The notes beneath the pieces were generated by a model that was given only the letters and a program-made list of their open reading frames with translations, did not search any database and was not told the origin of the DNA. From a virus (taxonomy: Duplodnaviria; Caudoviricetes), in the IMG/VR virus record IMGVR_UViG_3300046006_001695, positions 1 to 56,015 of that record: a stretch of 56,015 nt of DNA. One strand, 5' to 3'. The position numbers were made by a program, and so were the translations under genes. Of the stretch, positions 39,307 to 48,892 are shown in pieces (the stretch's first letter is position 1; each line of letters opens with the position of its first letter).

Positions 39307-39546
39307 CTACACATTACAGAATTCAACATATCCTGACCCCGAACCAGCCTGTAGCGCTACATATTCTGCAAATGATATTAAACATACACTTTTTCCCCGT
39401 GATCCTGACTGTGGAAACAATACCGTTCCCGCAGTAGATGCGGATATGACCGTTTTAATAAAACTTGCCGACACTGCACATGATGCAGTTACTGCATAGG
39501 ATGCGGTATATAATGACCCCGACCCAAATGGATATACCGACAACAT
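39307..39546 (-). CDS. small putative structural protein
   Basis: VYPFGSGSLYTASYAVTAS start, related to the two downstream genes. Confidence 0.7.
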   Translation of the reverse strand: MLSVYPFGSGSLYTASYAVTASCAVSASFIKTVISASTAGTVLFPQSGSRGKSVCLISFAEYVALQAGSGSGYVEFCNV

Positions 39547-40395
39547 TTAATTTTCTACCGAAACTACATGAATTGATGCCGTCATATCTTGTGCTCCACC
39601 AGTAGTTGCCATGCTTTGAAATATATAGTATAGTTCATTGTTTCCTTGTGGGACATTCAATGCATTTAGTACGGTTCCCATATTTTCTAAGTTTGCCCCA
39701 ATAATTTTTGGAATAAAATAGGTAGTTTCACTGCCCGTAATGATTGCGTCTACTAACAACGAGTTCATTTGCGATTCCGTTACAAACGACCTGTTTTTTT
39801 CGGTAGCATCATTAATAGAAGTCAGTGTACTATACAATCGTACTCGGGCTGCAGTTGTCGTTGCATTTAATGACGCACTCACTAATAAGTAGGTCTTTGG
39901 AATTTGAACATCCGAAATTGACCCACTAATTATTTGCCCGACACTTAAACTTCCGGTGATTTTTGGCAACGATACTCTATTGCTCGTACTTATCGTTGCA
40001 TCTTCTAATAAATATCGATTGAATGTTAAATTTGGATATTGTCCAGACGCCGTGGTGTCTACACGATAATAAGTTAGTTTTGTATTGGCAGGAGTTACCA
40101 CGCCATACATCACGGGGTCAATCGTGTATGTGCCGGCGCTCATCGTGAAATCTCCAATTAATGCTACTGAACTTGAGATGTTTGTATTACCGAATGTTCT
40201 ACTTTTTTCACCTAAATTATTAAGACTAGCTGACGTATCATATAATCGCAATCTACATGGAAAATTTGTTTGAATACTAAGTAACGCATACGCAGACCCC
40301 AGTTCTACCGAACCCGACCCGGTTTCATCGGTCTGGGTAGTAATTAAGCCTCGTGAAAGATTCGCCCCTAATCTAATATATTCTTTTAATCCCAT
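39547..40395 (-). CDS. hypothetical structural protein with internal duplication
   Basis: Two related halves (RLRLYDT...EKSRTF and RVRLYST...EKNRSF). Confidence 0.7.
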   Translation of the reverse strand: MGLKEYIRLGANLSRGLITTQTDETGSGSVELGSAYALLSIQTNFPCRLRLYDTSASLNNLGEKSRTFGNTNISSSVALIGDFTMSAGTYTIDPVMYGVVTPANTKLTYYRVDTTASGQYPNLTFNRYLLEDATISTSNRVSLPKITGSLSVGQIISGSISDVQIPKTYLLVSASLNATTTAARVRLYSTLTSINDATEKNRSFVTESQMNSLLVDAIITGSETTYFIPKIIGANLENMGTVLNALNVPQGNNELYYIFQSMATTGGAQDMTASIHVVSVEN

Positions 40396-40490
40396 AAATT
40401 ATATTCTTTATAAGTATGTTCTGTATATAACTAGTTTGCCGTTATGTTTTAATACGTAGTTGTTGCCCATGCAAATGTCTCTAAAATGTA

Positions 40491-40811
40491 CTACGGTTCT
40501 GGCGTAGGCTCAGGAGTAGGTTCCGGCGTTGGTTCAGGTGTTGGTTCCGGTGTTGGCTCCGGTATTGGTTCAGGAGTAGGTTCTGGTGTTGGTACTGGTA
40601 GATATTCCAATCCTAACGCATCACATATTTCGTCTTCATCCCACGTTTGCTTACTCTTGGCAGCTGCGGCAGCAATTAACGCAGTATCCGATAAATTTGC
40701 CTGTGCTTGTAATTGTCCTACATCAGTAACATCAGTGTAATAAATAACTTGTACCGCATCGGAATTGACGTTTTTACTATAATACATTAGGTACTTTAAA
40801 AATGCTGACAT
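40491..40811 (-). CDS. small protein with C-terminal (TPEP)n tail
   Basis: Globular N-terminus followed by about nine TPEP/IPEP units. Confidence 0.75.
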   Translation of the reverse strand: MSAFLKYLMYYSKNVNSDAVQVIYYTDVTDVGQLQAQANLSDTALIAAAAAKSKQTWDEDEICDALGLEYLPVPTPEPTPEPIPEPTPEPTPEPTPEPTPEPTPEP

Positions 40812-40860
40812 ATTGTGTCTCTACAAATAAAAGGTTAATACTGACTTATACAAATATTTT

Positions 40861-41613
40861 TTAAATTCCAAATCTGCTGCGATTGGCGTTAAAGTTTTGA
40901 CGAACTTCGTCTGCGGTTAATGCAACATTTTTATAAATTCTTACGGTAGCAATTTTTCCTGTTGTTCTACTACCACCGTTTATTATACTTGCAATAGAAC
41001 CACTTGCCGCCGCGCCCGACGATGTAAACACTGTAGCCAACCCATTGGTAATAGTACTCACTAAACTACCCGTCATATAATATGAAATGTTTGTACCTTG
41101 GCGAGTTATACAAAATTGATACCAATTGTTTGCAGAAATACTACTTGCAATAGACGAGGTATATACTATTTGCGGCGGCGACCCCGTTCCTTGTGCGGCT
41201 GCTATTCTATACCCACCGCTTCCACTAACAATACTCAAATCACATTCAGTAATACCGCCCGAACTTTTTCTAAATAATGTTGCGGTAGTAGTGGCGGCGT
41301 CAATGCCCGGTAACGTATTAAAATTTACCCATGCTTCTATACTATAATCTGCGGTGCCCATGCGTAAATTAACATTGTTTAACACAACTGCACGGTCGTC
41401 TATTCCATCAAAGACAATGCTCCCGCCATTTGCCGTATCAAATGTGGGTCCATTTGTTAATGTTGCATTATTATTATTCCCACTTAAATCGGTCCATGTG
41501 ATTCCACTTTCCGGATACGAATTATCATTCATGGCATCTACCCAAAGTACTAATCCATTTTTAATTATCTTAGAGTAATTGGATTGAACAATTCCATGCG
41601 TTGCTGCAATCAT
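40861..41613 (-). CDS. LamG/concanavalin A-like lectin domain virion protein
   Basis: GLVLWVDA...SYP.SG.TWTDLSGNNN...FDG.DD...ALT..EV.QNFNA.R.RFG; start at MIAATH, open frame to 41640. Confidence 0.82.
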   Translation of the reverse strand: MIAATHGIVQSNYSKIIKNGLVLWVDAMNDNSYPESGITWTDLSGNNNNATLTNGPTFDTANGGSIVFDGIDDRAVVLNNVNLRMGTADYSIEAWVNFNTLPGIDAATTTATLFRKSSGGITECDLSIVSGSGGYRIAAAQGTGSPPQIVYTSSIASSISANNWYQFCITRQGTNISYYMTGSLVSTITNGLATVFTSSGAAASGSIASIINGGSRTTGKIATVRIYKNVALTADEVRQNFNANRSRFGI

Positions 41614-42350
41614 ACCGTAATATCCCCGAACAAATACCATGCGTTTGCGTCAGTTTTTATCAATGTTGCCGCACTATATCGGTTTGCAATTTTTAAAGCA
41701 TTGTTTGCACTAAGTAACGTTACGCCAGTGCTAGCACTGGTAAACCGTGTTTGCCCCGACCCACTTTGTGTAAGCATAACTTGGGCACCTATTGGAAAAT
41801 TTACGGTAGAACTTGATGGTACGGTCACGATATTTGCCCCGCCCGATGCCATGAATATTAATCTTCCTTCATCCCCAAGTGCAATTGTATAATTTGTAGT
41901 TTGTGTACTTAAATTCAATCGGTTTCTGACTACGCCATTCATAATAACATCATTAGCAAAACTTGCCGACCCTGACACTGTAAGCCCCGTGCTGCCGGTA
42001 ATAATCAATGACCCCGTAATAAATACGCTACCACTAATATCTAAATCGGCGGTGGGTACTGCTTTATCTATACCAATCCGACTACCAGTAACAACAAGGG
42101 TATTTCTATTAAAGGTACCCATGACCACTCTATCGTCGCTAAAGACTTCTAGTATGGGTAACCCAGAAATGTCATTCACACTCATGAGTGAGCCAGATAA
42201 TTGGTCAGTAATAGAGAATAATGACCCGCTGTTACCATAGAACGCCACACTACCGGACGCTTCTACTTGGAGACGAATCGTATCGTTATTTGCTGACCCA
42301 CTAAATTGTATACTGGCAGAACCAGGTGTGATAATAATATTATTTGGCAC
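41610..42350 (-). CDS. tail fibre-related protein
   Basis: Ser/Gly/Thr-rich; IGI...P...LDISGS spike repeat; C-terminal FPIG...W.L.GD tip domain. Confidence 0.7.
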   Translation of the reverse strand: MPNNIIITPGSASIQFSGSANNDTIRLQVEASGSVAFYGNSGSLFSITDQLSGSLMSVNDISGLPILEVFSDDRVVMGTFNRNTLVVTGSRIGIDKAVPTADLDISGSVFITGSLIITGSTGLTVSGSASFANDVIMNGVVRNRLNLSTQTTNYTIALGDEGRLIFMASGGANIVTVPSSSTVNFPIGAQVMLTQSGSGQTRFTSASTGVTLLSANNALKIANRYSAATLIKTDANAWYLFGDITV

Positions 42351-42406
42351 TAGTACTCCTCATGTAAGTCGTATATATACATATCAGTTATACCCACAAA
42401 TGACAC

Positions 42407-42667
42407 TCATTCTATGTGCCAAGGCGGTAACCATTCTGGAGTTGCTAATATGGTCAGTATTTCATCATAGGTATAATACATACTTTTTGTGGTTAGTGTT
42501 TCTACGCACAATGGAACTGTTTCCGTATCCCATTTTACAAATGTCTTGGTTCCATCTACTGAGGTTCTTACGGTGTCCGCAGATGTTTCAAGCACTTGCG
42601 TAAAATCTATGGATGCTATTTCTGCTACATCAAATATTACAAATTGTCTATGTTCATAGGTATGCAT
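42407..42667 (-). CDS. hypothetical phage protein
   Basis: 86 aa ORF (IDFTQVLETS...R.S.DGTKTFVKW) directly following the LamG genes. Confidence 0.75.
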   Translation of the reverse strand: MHTYEHRQFVIFDVAEIASIDFTQVLETSADTVRTSVDGTKTFVKWDTETVPLCVETLTTKSMYYTYDEILTILATPEWLPPWHIE

Positions 42668-42670
42668 AAT

Positions 42671-43381
42671 TTATACTCCGAATCTACTACGAGTGGCGTT
42701 AAAGTTTTGAAGGACTTCTGTTGCGGTGAGTGCACGGTTGTATATTAAAAATGAAGATGATTTACCATTTATATAATCAACAATACTATTAGCATAATAT
42801 CCACTATTTAAAGTGATTGTTGTATTTGGTGTTAAAAAGGTATTAGTATCACTTACCGTATTTTGTAGTATTCCATTTTCATATAAACTAATGGCGGCGG
42901 TGGTTAATACTGCTGTATAATTATACCAAATATTAGTTACTATTACGTTATTAGAGTTTACTGGTACGATACCTCCACTACTTAAAACTATTGAAAAATT
43001 TACATTATTTAATACAACACCCTCTGAAGTTGCGCCTGCCTTTTGAAAATAAAAACGTCCTCTATCGATTGCTTGAGATGTATCTTGACCAAAAAATGTT
43101 TGATATCCCGTTAAACCACTTAGGTTTACCCATATTGAAAATGTACAAGGTCTATCTAAATTTTGTATGGGAGTTGAAATGTAATCATTCGTTCCATCAA
43201 AAACAATACTCCCGCCATTTCCACCATTAAATGTTGGACCATTGGTTAGTGTTCCGGTATTATTATTGCCACTTAAATCGGTCCACGTTGTTCCACTGCG
43301 CGGATATGATTTCGTATTTGCTGCATCTAAATATAATACCAATCCTTCTTCTGATATATTCGGACCTCTACTAACACTCAT
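42671..43381 (-). CDS. LamG/concanavalin A-like lectin domain virion protein
   Basis: Same terminal motifs as 40861-41613 and 43385-44086. Confidence 0.85.
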   Translation of the reverse strand: MSVSRGPNISEEGLVLYLDAANTKSYPRSGTTWTDLSGNNNTGTLTNGPTFNGGNGGSIVFDGTNDYISTPIQNLDRPCTFSIWVNLSGLTGYQTFFGQDTSQAIDRGRFYFQKAGATSEGVVLNNVNFSIVLSSGGIVPVNSNNVIVTNIWYNYTAVLTTAAISLYENGILQNTVSDTNTFLTPNTTITLNSGYYANSIVDYINGKSSSFLIYNRALTATEVLQNFNATRSRFGV

Positions 43382-43384
43382 AAT

Positions 43385-44086
43385 TTATACTCCAAATCTG
43401 CCGCGAGTGGCGTTAAAGTTTTGTAGAACTTCGTTTGCGGAGAGTGCTCTTCTATAAATTGTAGCAGCACCTAAATTTCCTTGAAATGTAAAAGTTGTTG
43501 AACCGATACGAGCATTTGGTGTATTTCCTGTTACCGATAACATTCCATTTGTATCTGATACCTTACGCTCACCGTTTATGTATACTTGACGAGACGCTCC
43601 ATTAATCACACCTACAACATTTATATATTTATTTTGTAAATGATAATTATCTTGATGTGCTAACCAATTGGTTGCTGTATCTGTTGTATTTCTCGTAAGT
43701 AATGCTATTGTTCCCGTACTGACTACTGCGTCTTCATTCAATACTAATGCAAATAATAATAATCCACTATTTCCCGTCAATTGGATTACTCTAGATATTG
43801 TTGACTTACTATATTTTATCCACACACTTACTGTTAATGTTTGTAAATTGTCACCAGTAATACTATTACTAGACGGTAATAGAATTGTATCATCGGTCCC
43901 GTCAAATACCATCACTCCAGAATTTTCTGAAGAAAATGCAACGCCCGCAACTAAACTTCCACTATTATTATTCCCACTTAAATCTGCCCACGCTGTTCCA
44001 CTACCCGGATACGACTTCGCATTTGCCGCATCTAAGGCAAGTACTAATCCATCAGTGACTATTTTTGGACTATAGGATGTAGACAT
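43385..44086 (-). CDS. LamG/concanavalin A-like lectin domain virion protein
   Basis: GLVLALDAAN.KSYPGSG...QNFNATRGRFGV. Confidence 0.85.
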   Translation of the reverse strand: MSTSYSPKIVTDGLVLALDAANAKSYPGSGTAWADLSGNNNSGSLVAGVAFSSENSGVMVFDGTDDTILLPSSNSITGDNLQTLTVSVWIKYSKSTISRVIQLTGNSGLLLFALVLNEDAVVSTGTIALLTRNTTDTATNWLAHQDNYHLQNKYINVVGVINGASRQVYINGERKVSDTNGMLSVTGNTPNARIGSTTFTFQGNLGAATIYRRALSANEVLQNFNATRGRFGV

Positions 44087-44087
44087 A

Positions 44088-44756
44088 CTACTCCACAGTC
44101 GTCAATGGAGCAACGTCTTTACGTGTTGCTTGTACATAGTAGAAACAATCAATTGGTGTATTGGAATTAATAATTACGGTATTATTTTCAATGTTTTGTA
44201 CATATAATATTTGTTGTGTACCAATTGGAGTTAATTGTACGGTAATACTATCGGGGTCTATTAACCATTCCCATTCTTCTGGTAGTTGAATAACTGTATT
44301 TTTTGTTAATCGTCCCCGCACATATACGCCGTGTTCTGGGCCTTCCAATACACCGTAGATAAGTTTCTTGCCCAGCAATAATTGATGGTCAATTTTGAAA
44401 CTCTTGGTGGTTGCTTGGAATGCTCCAAGAACGGTTGCTGAACCCGTGATACTTAATGCGTTACTGCCCGTAATAATCAACGACCCACTAATAACTGCAT
44501 TACCCGTGTATGGGAATGCGGTTGCCGTAACACCCGTTAATCCTGTGCCATTGCCCTTGAATGACCCTGTAAATGAACCGGTAAACGGAAGAGTTAATGA
44601 ATTAAATTGCAGGGAACTAGAGACTGTACCAGCGGGAATTGATCTAAATCCACTTAACACCGCTGAACTGCTTACTGCTGCATCAAAATTTACTATAATA
44701 GACGAGGATACGCTATTATCAAATATTTGTAGTCCAGATATTTTTGCTGTTGTCAT
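44088..44756 (-). CDS. tail fibre-related protein with chaperone-like C-terminal domain
   Basis: FTGSFTGSF repeats, then KSFKIDH...LEGPEHGVYVRG...LPEEW...TVQLTPIG. Confidence 0.7.
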   Translation of the reverse strand: MTTAKISGLQIFDNSVSSSIIVNFDAAVSSSAVLSGFRSIPAGTVSSSLQFNSLTLPFTGSFTGSFKGNGTGLTGVTATAFPYTGNAVISGSLIITGSNALSITGSATVLGAFQATTKSFKIDHQLLLGKKLIYGVLEGPEHGVYVRGRLTKNTVIQLPEEWEWLIDPDSITVQLTPIGTQQILYVQNIENNTVIINSNTPIDCFYYVQATRKDVAPLTTVE

Positions 44757-44831
44757 AGGTATCTTGTAATAAAGGAATTCTGCCGCACTTCTATAATTAG
44801 TTAGTATCTATACAATAGTATAATTTGTTGG

Positions 44832-45335
44832 TTAGCTCTGCGGTCTGCGTGGCCACAGCGGAGGAGTAGATGCATCCGTGACACCATCCATATACTCTCG
44901 CAACTGTTGTCGATACGTTGCCCACTCGGCCCGCTTCTCGGTCGTCAGCGGCACATCGGGCAATTGCGTGTAGTCGCATGCTTGCAACATCATATTGCGA
45001 TGGCCACGTAAGCTTGCCAATGCGTTCTGTTTAGACGTTTCTATTTCGGCAGCAGTAAACGGGGTGTTCACCCAGCTGTTGGTATAGGCGTCTTTTGTTG
45101 CATCCCACACAATTGGCCCGTCAGATGTGTGCTCAAATTGCACGGGCACTGGTTGTTCCGTGTACTTAAACACCGCGTATCCATAGTCCATTAAGAAACT
45201 GTTGTCTGGTAACGCAGGAAAGCTTGTTTGTGGATGAATCATGCGAAAGTTACTGTACGTCAGCGGGTAGTTGACGGGTTCGCCGTCTTGTATTTGAATG
45301 ACCAGCAAGTCACTATCAGAAATGGTAAGTCCCAT
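44832..45335 (-). CDS. tail fibre assembly chaperone-like protein
   Basis: LR..RN..L..CDYTQLPD......WATYRQQLR...WP motif; directly after the Gly-rich fibre gene. Confidence 0.8.
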   Translation of the reverse strand: MGLTISDSDLLVIQIQDGEPVNYPLTYSNFRMIHPQTSFPALPDNSFLMDYGYAVFKYTEQPVPVQFEHTSDGPIVWDATKDAYTNSWVNTPFTAAEIETSKQNALASLRGHRNMMLQACDYTQLPDVPLTTEKRAEWATYRQQLREYMDGVTDASTPPLWPRRPQS

Positions 45336-45358
45336 AGTATTCTCAGTTAAAGTTAAAG

Positions 45359-46246
45359 TTACACGTTTGCAGCGTTCGACGGATAGCTGCGACCAGCGCC
45401 CCAGATGATGCGGACAGCGCCAGAGCGACTAGCTCCACTACTGCCGTAAAGTGTGGGGGAATAGAATTCGGAATAAGCCCCACCACCACCACCGCCACCA
45501 TATAGCCCGCCATTGCCGCCAGCCCCAGCAATACCGGAATTCCCGTAATCGCCTGCTGCCCCGCCAGAGCCACCCCCGCCGCCAAATCCGGGAGAGTCAA
45601 TCCCAACTGGAGCGCCGCTGCCGCCGGCGCCGCTTGCCCCAGTGCCAAGAATACCAACGCCACCGCCAGCGCCAGATGCTCTAGCTTCGTCTGGCGGACC
45701 AGCATAAAGCGTACCTGCTCCGCCTCCACCAGCACCTCCTCCTGCCCCATCTGCGCCATTGCCGTTATAAGTGCCAGCGCCAGCGCCCCCAGCCCCAGAA
45801 TACCCACCAGCGCCACCACCGCCAAAGCTACCAGCGCCACCGGAGAAGCTTGTGCCAACAGCAGCAGAGAAATCAGCTCCTCCTCTCCCTCTGCACACAA
45901 CAGTAGAAGAAGGGTTGTATGTGACGTTGCTGTTCGCTCCCGGATTTCCCGTGTTTGTTGTTCCACCTGCGCCAACAACAACAGCAAAGGTTTCTCCTGC
46001 GCTACATGAGATGCTGTTGGTGTAGGACAAATAGCCGCCAGCACCGCCGCTTATGTCTGCTCCAGCCTGTGCGCCGCCAACGCAGAGGATCGACACACTC
46101 GTCACGCCAGCAGGCACAACAAATGTGTACGTTCCCGCCGTCGTGTAGGCTTGCTGCCCCTGCGCAGCGACGGCTACACTTCTTCGGAATGATCGACCAA
46201 ATCCTCTGGCTGAACCGCCACCCAATGCTGCTAAAAATGGTGTCAT
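45359..46246 (-). CDS. glycine-rich tail fibre tip / adhesin
   Basis: YTTAGTYTFVVPAGVTSV...poly-Gly tracts...GAVRIIWG; GC-rich codon use. Confidence 0.8.
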   Translation of the reverse strand: MTPFLAALGGGSARGFGRSFRRSVAVAAQGQQAYTTAGTYTFVVPAGVTSVSILCVGGAQAGADISGGAGGYLSYTNSISCSAGETFAVVVGAGGTTNTGNPGANSNVTYNPSSTVVCRGRGGADFSAAVGTSFSGGAGSFGGGGAGGYSGAGGAGAGTYNGNGADGAGGGAGGGGAGTLYAGPPDEARASGAGGGVGILGTGASGAGGSGAPVGIDSPGFGGGGGSGGAAGDYGNSGIAGAGGNGGLYGGGGGGGAYSEFYSPTLYGSSGASRSGAVRIIWGAGRSYPSNAANV

Positions 46247-46249
46247 AGT

Positions 46250-48892
46250 TTATGCGAACTTTGTTTGTGACGCAAATATATTAAACGCTGCGTTTGCGGT
46301 TTTAATCAATGTATAACTGTAAATATCCGTACTCGTGCCACTGCCCGAAGGCAATGTACCCCCCTGCCAACGTGGAGTAATTGCCGTGCCATCTACTTGA
46401 TGCACAGATGCGGTATATCCCACCGATGCGTGATTGACCAACACCGCAAAGGTCATACTTTGTCCAGGATACATCATACTATTTAAGGAGGTTGCTGCAC
46501 TTCCCCGAAAATTAATTGTCCAGTTATTTGCACTACTACCACTTAGATAAAATACTGACCCACTGAGTGCGTCAAAATTTAAGGTGGTTGGTGGAGCTGA
46601 TGCGGTAATATTAACTCGTTCGATAACTCCTTGTAGTATCGTAGTGCCAACTACATGGAATGACGCACTTGGAGTTGTTGTATTGATGCCAAGATTACTT
46701 GCACTTTGAAATAGTACACTGGATGATAATGCTGTTGTGCTTGACCATCGTGGAATATAATTTGTCGTGCCGCCTGCTACATTACTGGCCGTGCCTAATA
46801 ATGAACCACTGAATGAGCCCACTGAACCAGTAGATACATTTACTATTGCACGAACGAATATACTTGATTGTGATGGCGGAGCAACTAAAAATGATAAGGT
46901 TGTACTAGCTAATGTATAATGTATTGTACTGGTTTGAGTAAGACCACCAACCGTTACAGTTAGGGATGAAATATCATATGCTTTGTCCAGTGTATAATTA
47001 GATACACTACCGTTACCCGTAAATGTGTAAGAATCAATGACGATTGAACTAGCTCCCGCAGACGGTGCAGATGGTGCCCATGATGCGGACACTGCAAAAC
47101 TTGCGGAGGTTGCATTTGACGCAGTACCAAACAGTGACGCAGTAATATTACTGGTGGAGAAGACTTTATTGGTTGCCGTTTCTAATACTAAAAGCGTATT
47201 TGGACCAGGATTACCAGAAAGTACTAAATTCACATTAGATGCGGTAACACTACCCGAAATATTCAATGACCCGCTAATGACTACTGGGCCGCGAGTGGTT
47301 TGACTACCCGTGACAAATAATGACCCTGTAACATCTATACCATTTGAAACCAGCAAATTTCCTGACACATGCAACTTAGCCGATGGACTCGTAATACCCA
47401 CACCCACGTTTCCGCCGTTAGGCACTAACGCGGTGGTACCATCTTGTAGACTGACTACGATTCTGGATAGTTCACTACCTCCAGTTGGGACTCCGAATAC
47501 AACAAATGATTGGGCGCCGCCGGCGAAGACGCCAGTGCGAGTATCCAATCTAAAGATGCCACCAACTACACCTGTATTACGTGTGCCAATCTGAGATGTG
47601 TTGATTGCATAGGATAATATGGACCCTGATACTTCTGTAAACAGCGCCGCCGGGTATTGGCCTGGTAGCGCCAATCCTGTGTCCGTTGAGGTGGTTCCCG
47701 TGGTGATGTCACCCAACCGAATACTACCACTCGTTGGGGTGTTTACTATCAATACCGGCCCATTAAACACGGAGGCGGTTGTTGCAAAGGATGCAGTTGC
47801 TGGCGTAAAGGTAATTGACGTTGCCGCACTTGAGGTGGTGGCAAATGATGCACTGGTAACTAGTACTTTTGCTACACCCCCAGTGAAATGTGCCGACCCC
47901 GTATCAAGCGTTATTGTTCCCGCACCGGTAATTGTACCACCCGTCAATCCACTACCGGCGGTTACGGAAGTTACCGTACCAGACCCACCAGTTAAATTCG
48001 TACTAGCTCCTGCTCCGAGTGTGGTAATGTCCCAATATCCACCGCGAGCAGTACCACCTTGTTCAAATATTCGTAATCTATTTTGGAAGACATCAATCGT
48101 TACACCAGTACCGGCTATTGTACTATTAGTTTGCGGTTTTGCTAATAGAATTTCTCCACCTTCATCACCGGTAGAGTTATTGGATACGAGATATTGTCCT
48201 GCTGTAATATTTCCAGTTGCTCGTATTTCCCCAGCAGCCCACCCTACATCTGGTGTCAATCCAACACCAAGTGCGCCGTACACACGGGTACCGTAAAGAT
48301 CATATCTTCCACGAATATCACTGTTGGTATAAATACCAATTGCCGAACCACCAATTCCTGCAATATACCTAGTTGTATCGGTGAGATATATTTTACTATC
48401 GTCGTTACCCGATTCTAGATATATGGATGGAGAAGTTGTTTTGCTAATGTGTAAATCATAACTCGGTGTTCCGCCAATTCCAACGCGATTAAACTGCACG
48501 TTGCCATCATTGTCACGAAGGGCAATAGTATTTGCCGTTGCTGTTGTTGCAGAATCATATCCATCCAATAAATTTGCATTTGCTGCAAACGAAGCAGATG
48601 TTATACTACCACTGAAACTCCCGGTGTTAATTTGCACCGAACTAGAAACGGTTCCCGCAGGGAGTAATGTTTTAACTTGGGTAGAACTACTAACCACCCC
48701 TACTGGAACATTTGTCAGAGTTGCCGCGTTAACGCCATATATATTTGCCCCGCTTCCAGAAAACGATCCCGATATTGAAGTTGCGGTAAGACTGCTTGCA
48801 ATAGTGGCCGAACCAGACACAGTTAAACTTCCCGATAATACGGTATTACCAAAAACTGTCAGTCCTTTGCGGGCAACAAACTCATTCGCCAT
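46250..48892 (-). CDS. tail fibre protein
   Basis: MANEFVARKGL start; Ser/Thr/Gly-rich; repeated VG[IV]G..P...LH spike motifs. Confidence 0.8.
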   Translation of the reverse strand: MANEFVARKGLTVFGNTVLSGSLTVSGSATIASSLTATSISGSFSGSGANIYGVNAATLTNVPVGVVSSSTQVKTLLPAGTVSSSVQINTGSFSGSITSASFAANANLLDGYDSATTATANTIALRDNDGNVQFNRVGIGGTPSYDLHISKTTSPSIYLESGNDDSKIYLTDTTRYIAGIGGSAIGIYTNSDIRGRYDLYGTRVYGALGVGLTPDVGWAAGEIRATGNITAGQYLVSNNSTGDEGGEILLAKPQTNSTIAGTGVTIDVFQNRLRIFEQGGTARGGYWDITTLGAGASTNLTGGSGTVTSVTAGSGLTGGTITGAGTITLDTGSAHFTGGVAKVLVTSASFATTSSAATSITFTPATASFATTASVFNGPVLIVNTPTSGSIRLGDITTGTTSTDTGLALPGQYPAALFTEVSGSILSYAINTSQIGTRNTGVVGGIFRLDTRTGVFAGGAQSFVVFGVPTGGSELSRIVVSLQDGTTALVPNGGNVGVGITSPSAKLHVSGNLLVSNGIDVTGSLFVTGSQTTRGPVVISGSLNISGSVTASNVNLVLSGNPGPNTLLVLETATNKVFSTSNITASLFGTASNATSASFAVSASWAPSAPSAGASSIVIDSYTFTGNGSVSNYTLDKAYDISSLTVTVGGLTQTSTIHYTLASTTLSFLVAPPSQSSIFVRAIVNVSTGSVGSFSGSLLGTASNVAGGTTNYIPRWSSTTALSSSVLFQSASNLGINTTTPSASFHVVGTTILQGVIERVNITASAPPTTLNFDALSGSVFYLSGSSANNWTINFRGSAATSLNSMMYPGQSMTFAVLVNHASVGYTASVHQVDGTAITPRWQGGTLPSGSGTSTDIYSYTLIKTANAAFNIFASQTKFA

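Noticed and set aside
45343-46044. 233 aa alternative-frame ORF in the GC-rich cassette
   Set aside because: Stop-poor GC-rich sequence; the Gly-rich frame has the recognisable fibre motifs.
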